The notes beneath the pieces are model-generated. The model was not told where the DNA came from and did not search any database. It saw nothing but the letters and a program-made list of their open reading frames with translations. From contig JBJBEO010000001.1 of assembly GCA_047284725.1 (NCBI GenBank), positions 2,136,203 through 2,200,202 on the forward strand: 64,000 bases of DNA. The letters are read 5' to 3'. Both the position numbers and the translations under genes were made by a program. This document shows positions 18,987-28,959 of this stretch, piece by piece. Source of the stretch: Synechococcus sp. (GTDB lineage Bacteria; Cyanobacteriota; Cyanobacteriia; PCC-6307; Cyanobiaceae). Every line of letters begins with the position of its first letter. Position 1 is the stretch's first letter.

Positions 18987-21923
18987 GTGTCTGAGGAGAG
19001 CCGGTCTCAGAAAAGCTCGACCCAGGGGAGTGGTCCTGCCAAAGAGGAGCGTCCTTCCTACAAGGAGACCCTCAACCTGCTGCAAACGGGCTTCGGCATG
19101 CGCGCCAACGCCACCAAGCGAGAGCCGCAGCTGCAGGCGTTCTGGAAAGAGCAAGGCATCGATCAGCGCCTCGGCCAGGAGAACAGCGGAGCACCCTTCA
19201 CCCTCCACGACGGGCCTCCTTACGCCAACGGCGCCCTGCACATGGGCCATGCCCTCAACAAGGTACTGAAGGACATCATCAACAAGCATCGGGTGATGCA
19301 AGGCCGACGGGTGCACTACATACCCGGTTGGGACTGCCATGGCCTGCCGATCGAGCTGAAAGTGCTTCAGGGCATGGATCAGGAGCAGCGCAAGGCGCTG
19401 ACCCCGGTGAAGTTGAGGAAAAAAGCTGCTGCCTATGCCCGCAAACAGGTGGATGGGCAGATGGCTGGATTCAAGCGCTGGGGAATCTGGGCCGATTGGG
19501 AGAATCCCTACCTGACCCTTCACAAGGAGTACGAAGCCGCCCAGATCGAGGTGTTCGGCACCATGGCTCTCAAGGGGCACATCTACCGAGGCCTGAAGCC
19601 AGTGCACTGGAGCCCCAGCTCCCGAACAGCCCTGGCAGAAGCCGAACTGGAATATCCCGATAGTCACACCAGTCCAAGCGTGTACGTGGCCTTCCCGGCG
19701 ATTTCTCTGCCGCAGCCGCTGCGCGAAGCCCTCAGCATGCAGGGGCTGGAGCTGCCTGCAGATGGAGCGGCCCTTGGCAACACCCTCAAGGTGGCGATCT
19801 GGACCACGACCCCCTGGACCCTGCCAGCCAACCTGGCGGTCTCGGTCAACGATCGACTCGACTACGCCATCGTTGCTGATGCAGAAGGACAACTGCTGAT
19901 CGTGGCGGCCGAACTTCAGGATGCGCTCGCCCATAAGTTCGAACGATCGCTCGAGCGCAAAGCCGTTGTGAAAGGGGCAGCGCTCGCTGGCCTGCACTAT
20001 CGCCATCCGCTGCTGGAGAGAGAAAGCCCCGTTGTGGTGGGCGGTGACTACATCACCACAGAGTCGGGAACCGGCCTGGTGCACACGGCCCCAGGCCATG
20101 GCGTTGATGACTTCAACACCGGCCGCAAACACGGTTTACCCGTGCTTTGCCCGGTGGACGAGGCCGGCACCCTCACCAACGAAGCGGGGCCCTTTGCCGG
20201 CCTCAATGTGCTCAAGGATGCCAACCCCAGCATTGTTGAAGCGCTGGAGGAAGCGGATGCTCTGCTGAAGCACGAGAGCTACGGCCACCGCTACCCCTAC
20301 GACTGGCGCACCAAGAAGCCAACGATCTTCCGGGCCACAGAACAATGGTTCGCCTCCGTCGAGGGATTCCGCGCCGATGCCCTCGACGCCATCGACCAAG
20401 TGGAGTGGTTGCCCGCGTCCGGGCGCAACCGCATCGAATCAATGGTGGCGGAGCGTGGCGACTGGTGCATCTCACGCCAGCGAACCTGGGGCGTGCCAAT
20501 TCCCGTTTTTTATCACCGCAGCAGCGGTGAAGTCCTGCTCAATGCCGACTCGATCGCGCACATCCAAGCGCTGATCGCCGAGCACGGGGCCGACGTGTGG
20601 TGGGAGAAACAGGAGCGCGATCTGCTCCCCCCAAGCCATCAGGCGGAAGCCGACCAATGGCGCAAAGGCACCGACACCATGGATGTGTGGTTCGACTCTG
20701 GCTCCAGCTGGGCCGCCATCGCCTGCGAGCGGGAGGGGTTGAGCTATCCAGCCGATCTCTACCTCGAGGGATCGGATCAGCACCGTGGCTGGTTCCAGAG
20801 CTCCCTTCTCACCTCCGTGGCGGTGAATGGCCATGCTCCCTACCGCACCGTGCTCACCCATGGCTTCGCCTTGGATGAGAAGGGCCGCAAGATGAGCAAA
20901 TCCCTCGGCAACGTCGTGGATCCGATGGTGATCATCGAAGGCGGCAAGAACCAAAAACAGGAACCGCCCTATGGCGCCGATGTGCTGCGCCTTTGGGTGA
21001 GTTCGGTTGACTACTCCGCCGACGTGCCGATCGGTGCAGGCATCCTGCGCCAGCTGGCCGACGTCTATCGCAAGGTCCGCAACACCTCCCGTTACCTGCT
21101 GGGCAACCTGCACGACTTCGATCCTGCCTGTGATGCCATCGCCATCCAGAAACTACCGGTGCTCGATCGCTGGATGCTGCAACGCACAGCCACGGTGCTC
21201 GACAGCATTTCAGAAGCCTTTGAGAGCTACGAGTTCTTCCGCTTCTTCCAGCTCCTGCAGAACTACTGCGTCAGCGACCTCTCCAACTTCTATCTCGACA
21301 TCGCCAAAGACCGGCTCTATGTCAGCGCTCCCAACGACAAGCGTCGGCGCAGTTGCCAGACGGTGATGGCCCTGATCATCGAACGGTTGGCCGGAGCAAT
21401 CGCGCCCGTGCTCTGCCACATGGCGGAAGACATCTGGCAGAACCTTCCCTATCCGGTCAAGGAGGACTCCGTCTTCCGTCGTGGCTGGCCCACCGTGCCA
21501 AGCAGCTGGCGCAACGACAGCCTGAATGCACCGATGCAGCACCTGCGCGACCTGCGCAGCGCAGTGAACCGCGTGCTTGAGGACTGCCGCGGCCGCCGTG
21601 AGCTCGGAGCGTCCCTGGAGGCCGCCGTGCGTATTGATGTGCGCCAAAGCGAACTGGCGGCCGCCATCACCTGGCTCCAGGAGCACGGACAAGCCGATGT
21701 CGACGGCCTGCACGATTGGCTACTGGTATCCCAGCTCCAACTCGGCGGCGAGCCCTGGGCTGAAGTTCTTGCGAGCGACGACGGAGAACTGGCTCTGATC
21801 GAGGTGGCCCGCTCCCGTGGTCAGAAGTGTGAACGCTGCTGGCACTACGAAAGCGACATCGGCCACCATGCAGAGCATCCAGATCTGTGCGGCCGGTGCA
21901 TCGCAGTACTGGATCGGCGTTAA
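18987..21923 (+). CDS. ileS: Isoleucyl-tRNA synthetase
   Basis: [14 protein letters not shown] (HIGH), KMSKS and C-terminal zinc finger KCERCW..CGRC. Confidence 0.98.
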   Translation: MSEESRSQKSSTQGSGPAKEERPSYKETLNLLQTGFGMRANATKREPQLQAFWKEQGIDQRLGQENSGAPFTLHDGPPYANGALHMGHALNKVLKDIINKHRVMQGRRVHYIPGWDCHGLPIELKVLQGMDQEQRKALTPVKLRKKAAAYARKQVDGQMAGFKRWGIWADWENPYLTLHKEYEAAQIEVFGTMALKGHIYRGLKPVHWSPSSRTALAEAELEYPDSHTSPSVYVAFPAISLPQPLREALSMQGLELPADGAALGNTLKVAIWTTTPWTLPANLAVSVNDRLDYAIVADAEGQLLIVAAELQDALAHKFERSLERKAVVKGAALAGLHYRHPLLERESPVVVGGDYITTESGTGLVHTAPGHGVDDFNTGRKHGLPVLCPVDEAGTLTNEAGPFAGLNVLKDANPSIVEALEEADALLKHESYGHRYPYDWRTKKPTIFRATEQWFASVEGFRADALDAIDQVEWLPASGRNRIESMVAERGDWCISRQRTWGVPIPVFYHRSSGEVLLNADSIAHIQALIAEHGADVWWEKQERDLLPPSHQAEADQWRKGTDTMDVWFDSGSSWAAIACEREGLSYPADLYLEGSDQHRGWFQSSLLTSVAVNGHAPYRTVLTHGFALDEKGRKMSKSLGNVVDPMVIIEGGKNQKQEPPYGADVLRLWVSSVDYSADVPIGAGILRQLADVYRKVRNTSRYLLGNLHDFDPACDAIAIQKLPVLDRWMLQRTATVLDSISEAFESYEFFRFFQLLQNYCVSDLSNFYLDIAKDRLYVSAPNDKRRRSCQTVMALIIERLAGAIAPVLCHMAEDIWQNLPYPVKEDSVFRRGWPTVPSSWRNDSLNAPMQHLRDLRSAVNRVLEDCRGRRELGASLEAAVRIDVRQSELAAAITWLQEHGQADVDGLHDWLLVSQLQLGGEPWAEVLASDDGELALIEVARSRGQKCERCWHYESDIGHHAEHPDLCGRCIAVLDRR

Positions 21924-21940
21924 AGGAAGCGCAGCAGGAG

Positions 21941-22249
21941 TCAGATCCAGGCGGCCGCATTCAGCAACTGTTCAACAGGAACCGGCCCCACCAGCACGGT
22001 CTCGGTCACGGGATCGTAAGGGCCTTCCAGGAGGCAGGCCTGCTCGATTTGTGCTCCTTCTGGGAGCACGCTCCGATCAGGGTCAAAGGCGGTGGGATGG
22101 GTTGTGCAACTGGTGAAGCCACGAAAGATCAGCAGTTCCAACGGCTCAGGTTCTGCACCATGCACTGGCACCGATCCCTTCAACCGCACCACCCGGCCTG
22201 GATGGTCACGGCTGATCACCTCGAGAGCCAGCAACGCGTCAGAAGTCAC
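21941..22249 (-). CDS. Conserved cyanobacterial hypothetical protein
   Basis: ELLIFRGF.S.TTHPT.FDPD..VLP and GPY.P motifs. Confidence 0.8.
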   Translation of the reverse strand: MTSDALLALEVISRDHPGRVVRLKGSVPVHGAEPEPLELLIFRGFTSCTTHPTAFDPDRSVLPEGAQIEQACLLEGPYDPVTETVLVGPVPVEQLLNAAAWI

Positions 22250-22850
22250 CGGCCACCCGTCCCTGGCGAGGCAAACGCATCAACAACCACTGCAGCAAAC
22301 CCACCAAATAAGCCACGAGCATCACGTAGCCGAAAAACGCCGCCACTCCCTCATTCCAATCGCCGCCAAAAAGGAAGTCGAACACCCGTTCCAGCACCAC
22401 ATGCAAGCCTTGGGGTGCTTCCAACCAGGCCTTGCAATCGGCTCCCTGCACGGCCATCACGCAGGAGAGACTGCTCACTGCCATGGCAGTGGCAAGCACG
22501 GAGAATCCACTGAGAGCCCAGCGCCAGAGCCGCACAGTGAGGGAGAGGGGATTGCGCAGGGGGCTATCAGCCAGTTCCTCGTTGAGATCCACCCAGAACC
22601 AAACACTCAAGGTCATGAGCACCGGTGCTAAGAGCGCCGTCACAAACCCGAGGGGGCGCTGATCGGTGAGCAGCAGCAGAGTGATCACCAACAAACTGGC
22701 GACCTTCCAGTAAATCGAAAGCAGGCGAGTGATCACCGGCTGACGCCGCACAGACGACCAGATCAACAGCACCAGGGGCAGACCCAGGGCAAAGGTGGCC
22801 CCAAGGCGATAGGTCAGCCACACCAGGCTGCGGTAGGGAAGATCGGGCAC
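22239..22850 (-). CDS. DUF3177-like membrane protein
   Basis: LVWL.YRL, YWKVASLL and WFWVDLNEE motifs; multiple TM segments. Confidence 0.85.
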   Translation of the reverse strand: MPDLPYRSLVWLTYRLGATFALGLPLVLLIWSSVRRQPVITRLLSIYWKVASLLVITLLLLTDQRPLGFVTALLAPVLMTLSVWFWVDLNEELADSPLRNPLSLTVRLWRWALSGFSVLATAMAVSSLSCVMAVQGADCKAWLEAPQGLHVVLERVFDFLFGGDWNEGVAAFFGYVMLVAYLVGLLQWLLMRLPRQGRVAGDF

Positions 22851-22919
22851 CGGCGAGGTTCAAGTCGGCGTCATTATCGACGCACACGGCCAGCTCGGCA
22901 GGGTTGGTAAGGTCCAGCC

Positions 22920-24209
22920 ATGGGGGTGTTTTCTCCACGACATTGGTTTCGGTCGCGCCAGGCCCAGGCTCGCTGTCGGATGGCGCTGTCTCGCCAGACA
23001 TCTCTCGACACCGCCGTCAGAGAGGTCAGCCAGGAACTCGGTGCAGCCGCTGCTGATCTGGCCTTGGTGTTTGTCTCCAGCCACTTCGCCAGTGACCTGC
23101 CGCGCCTATTGCCTCAACTGCAGGAACGTCTCAAGGCTGAACACTGGCTGGGCTGCATCGCTGGCGGTGTGGTGGGAACCGGACAGGACGGCAAAGCCCA
23201 CGAACTCGAGCAAACACCAGCTCTGAGCGTGACGTTGCTCAATATGCCAGGTGCCGTGCTGCAGACCTTCGCCGTCGATACAGACACCCTCCCCGACCTG
23301 GATGGCTCCAACGAACACTGGCATCAGTGGTTGGGGCTCGACCCCAGCCCACTGCGTTCGCTCGTGGTGTTGATCGACCCCACCAGCAGCGGCATGAATG
23401 ACCTGATCAGCGGTCTCGACTATGCCTTCCCCATGGCCCCATGCCTGGGGGGGATTGCGGCTCCCCATTCCGCACTGCATGGATCGCTGCTGCAAGGCAA
23501 ATCAGTGTGTAATGGCGCTGTAGGCATCGCCTTGGGCGGCGACTGGACCCTGGAGCCAGCCGTCGCCCAAGGCTGTAAACCGATCGGACCGGTGTTCGCC
23601 ATCGAGCAGGCCGAACGCAATGTGGTGCTGGAACTCAGCCACGACGAGCGCCGAGACACTCCCGTGGCCTGTCTGCAGAGAGTGCTTGCCGATCTCGACG
23701 AGGACGAGCGGGAGCTTGTCAAAGACTCCTTGTTTCTAGGCATCGAACGACGTTCCCTGCCGATGGGTGCCAGCGGTAGCCCGATGCCCAGCAGCGCTTT
23801 TCTGGTGCGCAACCTGATCGGCGTCGATCCCCGCAACGGCGCTGTGGCGGTCGCTGAACGCATCCGGGTTGGCCAGAACGTGCAATTTCACCTTCGTGAA
23901 GCCGAAGCCTCCCGCCAGGAAGCGCGTCAGCTGCTCTGCGAGGCCCGCGAGCGGTGCGACAGTGCGCCCTTGGCCGCCCTGCTGTTCGCCTGTTTGGGGA
24001 GAGGCACTGGCCTTTATGGCAGTGAAGATGGCGATGTCGACATCGCCCGGGCAGTGCTTGGCGACCTGCCGATGGCCGGTGCTTTCTGCAACGGTGAAGT
24101 GGGCCCCCTCGCCGGCAGCACCTACCTGCACGGTTACACCGCCTCCTGGGGACTGCTGCGTCATGCCCCCCTGGCAATGTCGGAGGCTGATCCACCACCC
24201 GCTGCCTGA
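22920..24209 (+). CDS. FIST N/C-domain signal-transduction protein
   Basis: [26 protein letters not shown] and GAFCNGE.GP...YLHGYT motifs. Confidence 0.9.
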   Translation: MGVFSPRHWFRSRQAQARCRMALSRQTSLDTAVREVSQELGAAAADLALVFVSSHFASDLPRLLPQLQERLKAEHWLGCIAGGVVGTGQDGKAHELEQTPALSVTLLNMPGAVLQTFAVDTDTLPDLDGSNEHWHQWLGLDPSPLRSLVVLIDPTSSGMNDLISGLDYAFPMAPCLGGIAAPHSALHGSLLQGKSVCNGAVGIALGGDWTLEPAVAQGCKPIGPVFAIEQAERNVVLELSHDERRDTPVACLQRVLADLDEDERELVKDSLFLGIERRSLPMGASGSPMPSSAFLVRNLIGVDPRNGAVAVAERIRVGQNVQFHLREAEASRQEARQLLCEARERCDSAPLAALLFACLGRGTGLYGSEDGDVDIARAVLGDLPMAGAFCNGEVGPLAGSTYLHGYTASWGLLRHAPLAMSEADPPPAA

Positions 24210-24211
24210 CC

Positions 24212-24919
24212 TTGCGCCAGCACGTCAATCCCCTCAGTCGGTTTTTCCAGCTGCCATTGGAGCTGCCTGCCCCTGAGGCTCTGTTCGACGATCCCGGCCG
24301 CCCGATTCACCTCGACATCGGCTCAGCGCGAGGACAGTTCCTGCTCGGACTGGCAGACGTGCAACCGACATGGAACCACCTGGGAGTGGAAATTCGCAGG
24401 CCCCTGGTGGCAGCCGCCCAACGCGAGCGCGACAGCCAGGCCATGCACAACCTCCATTTCCTGTTCTGCAACGCCAATGTGAGCCTGCAGGGCTGGATGG
24501 AAGCACTGCCACCCGATCGCCTGCAGCGGGTATCGATTCAATTCCCCGATCCCTGGTTCAAGAAACGGCACCAAAAGCGACGAGTGCTGCAACCAAGCCT
24601 GCTGCTGGCGATTGCCGCCGCACTGCAACCTGGACGCGAACTGTTCATGCAGAGCGATGTGCTGGAACTGATCGAACCGATGGTGGGCCTCACCGAGCTC
24701 AGTGGTTGCTTCGACAGGCCACAAGGTGATTCCAGGCCCTGGCGAGGCCCCAATCCCCTGCCAGTGCCCACAGAGCGGGAACGGTATGTGCTGGAGCAAA
24801 ACCTGCCCGTGTACCGAGTGCTGTTTCAACGCAACATCAAACCACTGCCAAGCGTTTCAGATCTCGAACGATCCTGGGAACAGATCGATAATCCAGCGGA
24901 GAACACTCCATCTCCGTAA
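24212..24919 (+). CDS. trmB: tRNA (guanine-N7)-methyltransferase
   Basis: [25 protein letters not shown] and PTERE motifs; TTG start. Confidence 0.95.
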   Translation: MRQHVNPLSRFFQLPLELPAPEALFDDPGRPIHLDIGSARGQFLLGLADVQPTWNHLGVEIRRPLVAAAQRERDSQAMHNLHFLFCNANVSLQGWMEALPPDRLQRVSIQFPDPWFKKRHQKRRVLQPSLLLAIAAALQPGRELFMQSDVLELIEPMVGLTELSGCFDRPQGDSRPWRGPNPLPVPTERERYVLEQNLPVYRVLFQRNIKPLPSVSDLERSWEQIDNPAENTPSP

Positions 24920-24931
24920 GGGAGCACGCCG

Positions 24932-26275
24932 ATGGCTGATGCGATGGCTGTGCCACTTCTGTTGCGCTGGCAGGGTTGGCTGAGTGCTACAGACGCCCAG
25001 CAACAACGGCTGCAGGCCGTCGCTGGCCTGGTGCTGATGGCCTTGCTTTCCACCCTGCCCGTGATCAGTCGCACGGGATTGGCCCTCATCGTGACGGCCT
25101 GCGGAGCCCTCTGGCTGCTCTGGGCCCTGATCACACCTCCAGGGAAAATCGGCAGCATCAACTCCTGGCTGATGCTGTATCTCGCGATCGCCTTGATCGC
25201 CACTGGATGTTCGCCGGTGCCGATCGCCGCGGCCAAGGGACTGATCAAATTGCTGAGCTACCTCGGGGTCTATGCCCTGCTCAGTCAGCTCCTGCGCCAA
25301 CACCCCGCGTGGTGGGATCGACTCGTCGCGGCGTTGCTGAGCGGCGGACTCCTCAGCAGCATGCTGGCCTTGCGACAGCTCTATGGCCCCACAGAAGAGC
25401 TCGCAGGCTGGGCCGACCCCAACTCCGTGGCCGATGGCACCATCAGGATTTATGGCCCCCTTGGCAATCCCAATCTGCTGGCGGGCTACCTCGTGCCGTT
25501 ACTGCCGCTGGCCTTGGTGGCCATGCTGCGCTGGCGCGGTTTGGGACAACGTCTGTTTGCCGGGTCGACACTAATCATGGCCGCCGCATCCACCCTGTTC
25601 AGCTACAGCCGTGGCGGCTGGCTCGGAATGCTGGCCGCCATCGGGGTGGTGGTTCTCCTGGTGCTGGTGCGCAGCATCCGCCATTGGCCTCCTCTCTGGC
25701 GAAGGCTCCTTCCCATGGCCCTTTTGGTGGTCGCGGTAGCGCTGATCGCTGTGGCCGCCACACAGGTGGAACCCATTCGCACCCGCGTTGCCAGCCTGGT
25801 CGCAGGTCGGGGCGATAGCTCCAACAATTTCCGCATCAACGTGTGGATGGCATCGCTGGCCATGGTGCATGACCGCCCCTGGCTAGGCATCGGCCCCGGG
25901 AATGCCGCCTTCAACAGCATCTACCCGCTTTACCAGCAACCCCGCTTCAATGCGCTCAGCGCCTACTCGGTCCCCCTGGAAATCCTTGTCGAAACAGGTT
26001 TTCCTGGCCTGATCGCCACTATCGGACTGGCCTGGAGCAGCCTGAAACGCGGCCTAGCAGGACTCAAGGGAGAGGGACTGCTGGCCTTACCTCGCCTGGC
26101 CTGCGTCGCCGCCATCGCCGGCCTCGTGGTGCAGGGAGCCACCGACACGATTTTTTTCAGGCCTGAGGTACAGCTGGTCGGTCTGTTCTGCCTTGCCTCC
26201 CTGGCCCAACCCCTGGAGGTCATCGAGCAGCATCACAACGATGCAAGGCCGCCCCGCGAAGGAACGCCGTGCTGA
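24932..26275 (+). CDS. ictB: IctB family membrane protein (O-antigen ligase-like)
   Basis: RIYGPLGNPNLLAGY, SRGGWLG, DSSNNFRINVW and GIGPGN motifs. Confidence 0.93.
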   Translation: MADAMAVPLLLRWQGWLSATDAQQQRLQAVAGLVLMALLSTLPVISRTGLALIVTACGALWLLWALITPPGKIGSINSWLMLYLAIALIATGCSPVPIAAAKGLIKLLSYLGVYALLSQLLRQHPAWWDRLVAALLSGGLLSSMLALRQLYGPTEELAGWADPNSVADGTIRIYGPLGNPNLLAGYLVPLLPLALVAMLRWRGLGQRLFAGSTLIMAAASTLFSYSRGGWLGMLAAIGVVVLLVLVRSIRHWPPLWRRLLPMALLVVAVALIAVAATQVEPIRTRVASLVAGRGDSSNNFRINVWMASLAMVHDRPWLGIGPGNAAFNSIYPLYQQPRFNALSAYSVPLEILVETGFPGLIATIGLAWSSLKRGLAGLKGEGLLALPRLACVAAIAGLVVQGATDTIFFRPEVQLVGLFCLASLAQPLEVIEQHHNDARPPREGTPC

Positions 26276-27243
26276 TCGCTGGATTCGATGCAGGCCAGAC
26301 CCACACGCGATGCCGCCTGCAACGCCTGCTTCAGACAGCATCGGAATCGGCTTCCCAATCGGAAGCGTGGCGCCCCACCACCGTTGGAGAAGGGGAAGGA
26401 AGCGGAGTGTGCCATCTCGAGGCCGCCAACGGGGATGGGCGCTTCTGCAATGCCGTGCTGTCAAGCCTGCAAGCGGCTTTGACAGCAGCGGAACTCCCCC
26501 AGGACTCCAGGCTCGACGCCGCCGTGGTCGGTGCCAGCGGAATTGAACAGGGAACGTCTCTTCAACAGCGGGGTCAGAGGCTGCTGAGCCAAACCCTGCA
26601 GCTGAACGAGCAGCGTGTGCTGGTGACTGGTGATGAACGCACCGCCCTGCATGCCGCCTTCCCTACGGCTGCCGGGATCGTGTTGATCAGCGGCACGGGA
26701 ATGATCTGTCTCGGCCGCAATGAGGGGGGGCATGAACATCGCTGCGGCGGCTGGGGCTGGCGGCTTGATGGAGGCGGCTCTGCCTATGACATCGGCCTGC
26801 ACGGACTGCAGCTCAGCCTGCGCATGGCCGATGGCCGAGTGCCAGAGACTGGCTTGAGACAAGCCCTCTGGACAGCACTCGACTGCAGCAGTGCCGCAGC
26901 GATCAAGGCCCTGGCGGCAGGCACCCACCTCACCGTGGCGGATCTGGCCCGTCTCGCCCCCTTGGTGGAAGCGTCAGCCGCAACAGGAGACCTCCAGGCC
27001 ATGGCCGTGCTTGAACACTCCGCAGCCTGCCTGGCGGCAGCGGTGGTCGCCGTGGCCACACCGCTGGACCTGACCGCACCTGCCATCAGCGGCCATGGGG
27101 GCGCGATGACCCATCTGCCCACATTCCGGAACTTGGTGGAACGGTCTCTCGATCAACGCCTGCAGACCTGGCGGTGGCAACCGGGTGACGCCGATGCCTG
27201 TGATGGCGCCCTGCACCTCGCCCAGGCACTGGTCAGTGCCTGA
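26269..27243 (+). CDS. BadF/BadG/BcrA/BcrD-type sugar kinase (GlcNAc/MurNAc kinase-like)
   Basis: GFDAGQT.T, LISGTG and RCGGWGW.LD..GSA motifs. Confidence 0.88.
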   Translation: MLIAGFDAGQTHTRCRLQRLLQTASESASQSEAWRPTTVGEGEGSGVCHLEAANGDGRFCNAVLSSLQAALTAAELPQDSRLDAAVVGASGIEQGTSLQQRGQRLLSQTLQLNEQRVLVTGDERTALHAAFPTAAGIVLISGTGMICLGRNEGGHEHRCGGWGWRLDGGGSAYDIGLHGLQLSLRMADGRVPETGLRQALWTALDCSSAAAIKALAAGTHLTVADLARLAPLVEASAATGDLQAMAVLEHSAACLAAAVVAVATPLDLTAPAISGHGGAMTHLPTFRNLVERSLDQRLQTWRWQPGDADACDGALHLAQALVSA

Positions 27244-27262
27244 GAGGTCGAGCAATGACCAC

Positions 27263-28663
27263 TCAAGCGTTGAGGTGCTGATCAGCCAGCTGGGCCAGGT
27301 GATGGCTCCAGTGGTCAACATCCCTCTGCTCTGCCGCCTCCACCATCACCCGCAGGAGCGGCTCGGTGCCGCTGGCCCGGACCAACACCCTGCCGCTGCC
27401 CGCCATCGACTCCTCGGCAGCCGACACGGCATCGGTTAAAGGAGCACAGGTCTCCCACCCCGTGCGACGGTGCTTGTCCGGCACGGTGACATTCACCAGC
27501 TTCTGGGGATACGACTGGAAGCTCTGATCACGCCAGGCATCAAGGCTGAGCCGGCGCTGATGGCAGAGGGTGGCGATCTGCAGAGCCGTGAGCACCCCAT
27601 CCCCGGCCAGGCCATGGGCCGACGACAGGATGTGGCCCGACTGCTCTCCACCCAACGCAGCACCGCTGGTCACCATCGCCGCATGCACATGCTGATCGCC
27701 CACGGCCGTTCGCTCCAACACCCCACCACGGGCCTGCCAGGCCCGTTCGAAGCCAAGGTTTGACATCACCGTGGCCACAAGACGCTGATCCGGCAACGCG
27801 CCTTGATCCTGCAGTGCCGAACCCCAGAGGAAGAGCACATGGTCTCCATCGACCACGCGGCCCTGACCATCGACCGCCAGCATCCGATCGGCATCGCCAT
27901 CAAAGGCAAAGCCCATGGCAGCTCCGCTGCGGGTCACCGCCTCGCGCAAAGGGTCGAGATGGGTGGAACCACAACCCACATTGATGAGACGACCATCGGC
28001 GTCTCCATGCAGAACGGTGAGATCGGCTCCCAGGGCCTGGAACACCTCAGCTCCCAGGGCTGTGGCCGATCCCCAGCAGAGATCCAGGACCACCTTTACT
28101 CCCGCCAGCCCATCTCCGGAAACACTGTCCAGCAATGCATCGCGATAGTGCTGCAGCAGCTCAGGGCGGTGATGGGATGGCGCACAGGCCGCATCCATAC
28201 CTGCAGTCGATGAAGAGCCATCGGTCTCGCCCCGCAGACCGGCTTCGATCGCCCGCTGCAGCTCTGGCCGCACCTTGTTGCCATCCGCACCAAACACCTT
28301 GATGCCGTTGTCATGGGGTGGGTTATGGCTGGCTGACACCATCAGCCCCCCCGCGGCACCGCAATGGCGAATCAACTGAGGAACGGCCGGTGTGGCGCAC
28401 AAACCAAGGGTCCAGACCTCTCGGCCAGCGGCCGTGAGGCCAGCCGTTAAGGCCGCCACCACCATGGCGCCACTGCTGCGGGAATCCATACCAATCAACA
28501 CGGGGCCCTGGCGTGGGAACACCCGGCCGCACCAGTAGCCAACCTGTAACGCCAGGGCAGGCGTGATCACCGAGCCGACACGACCGCGTACGCCATCAGT
28601 GCCAAAAGCAGCCTGGGAAGGATGGTGGGGCACACCCAGAGGCGGCGTGACGTGGTCAACCAT
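27263..28663 (-). CDS. glmM: Phosphoglucosamine mutase
   Basis: FGTDGVRG, SASHNP, FDGDADR, GGEQSGH and RASGTEP motifs; start approximate. Confidence 0.95.
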   Translation of the reverse strand: MVDHVTPPLGVPHHPSQAAFGTDGVRGRVGSVITPALALQVGYWCGRVFPRQGPVLIGMDSRSSGAMVVAALTAGLTAAGREVWTLGLCATPAVPQLIRHCGAAGGLMVSASHNPPHDNGIKVFGADGNKVRPELQRAIEAGLRGETDGSSSTAGMDAACAPSHHRPELLQHYRDALLDSVSGDGLAGVKVVLDLCWGSATALGAEVFQALGADLTVLHGDADGRLINVGCGSTHLDPLREAVTRSGAAMGFAFDGDADRMLAVDGQGRVVDGDHVLFLWGSALQDQGALPDQRLVATVMSNLGFERAWQARGGVLERTAVGDQHVHAAMVTSGAALGGEQSGHILSSAHGLAGDGVLTALQIATLCHQRRLSLDAWRDQSFQSYPQKLVNVTVPDKHRRTGWETCAPLTDAVSAAEESMAGSGRVLVRASGTEPLLRVMVEAAEQRDVDHWSHHLAQLADQHLNA

Positions 28664-28741
28664 CGAGCTGCGGACAAGAGAGCTGGAGATTAGTCGGCCT
28701 GCCAAGGCGCCACCCCAAACGGTGGATCGAGGCCTGTCTGC

Positions 28742-28945
28742 TCAACGCCAGCGCCTTGGGAACAGCAGCAGCACCACCAGCTCCAACACCGCCCAAGCGC
28801 CCACCAGCAGCACCACCCAACCCGGAAGCCACAACAAAGGCCAGATCCATCGACCACCCCAGAGCAGCAACACCAGAAGCCAAGCCAGGCCGCAACGGCG
28901 ACGCTGAACCTGGCCCGGACGGGGCTCCTGCTTCGGTCTCGCCAT
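28742..28945 (-). CDS. Small Trp/Leu-rich hypothetical membrane protein
   Basis: 67 aa with two hydrophobic segments ending FPRRWR; co-oriented and upstream of glmM. Confidence 0.55.
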   Translation of the reverse strand: MARPKQEPRPGQVQRRRCGLAWLLVLLLWGGRWIWPLLWLPGWVVLLVGAWAVLELVVLLLFPRRWR

Positions 28946-28959
28946 GCCAGCGCCCGGTG

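Noticed and set aside
18306..20132. 608-aa minus-strand ORF, and similar long antisense ORFs at 5325-6494, 47208-48416, 48520-49506, 55960-56850 and 60625-61719
   Set aside because: Each lies antisense to a well-conserved gene (ileS, sat, leuC, cinA, amt1, purH) and has no recognisable motifs. Such shadow ORFs are expected from GC-rich codon bias.
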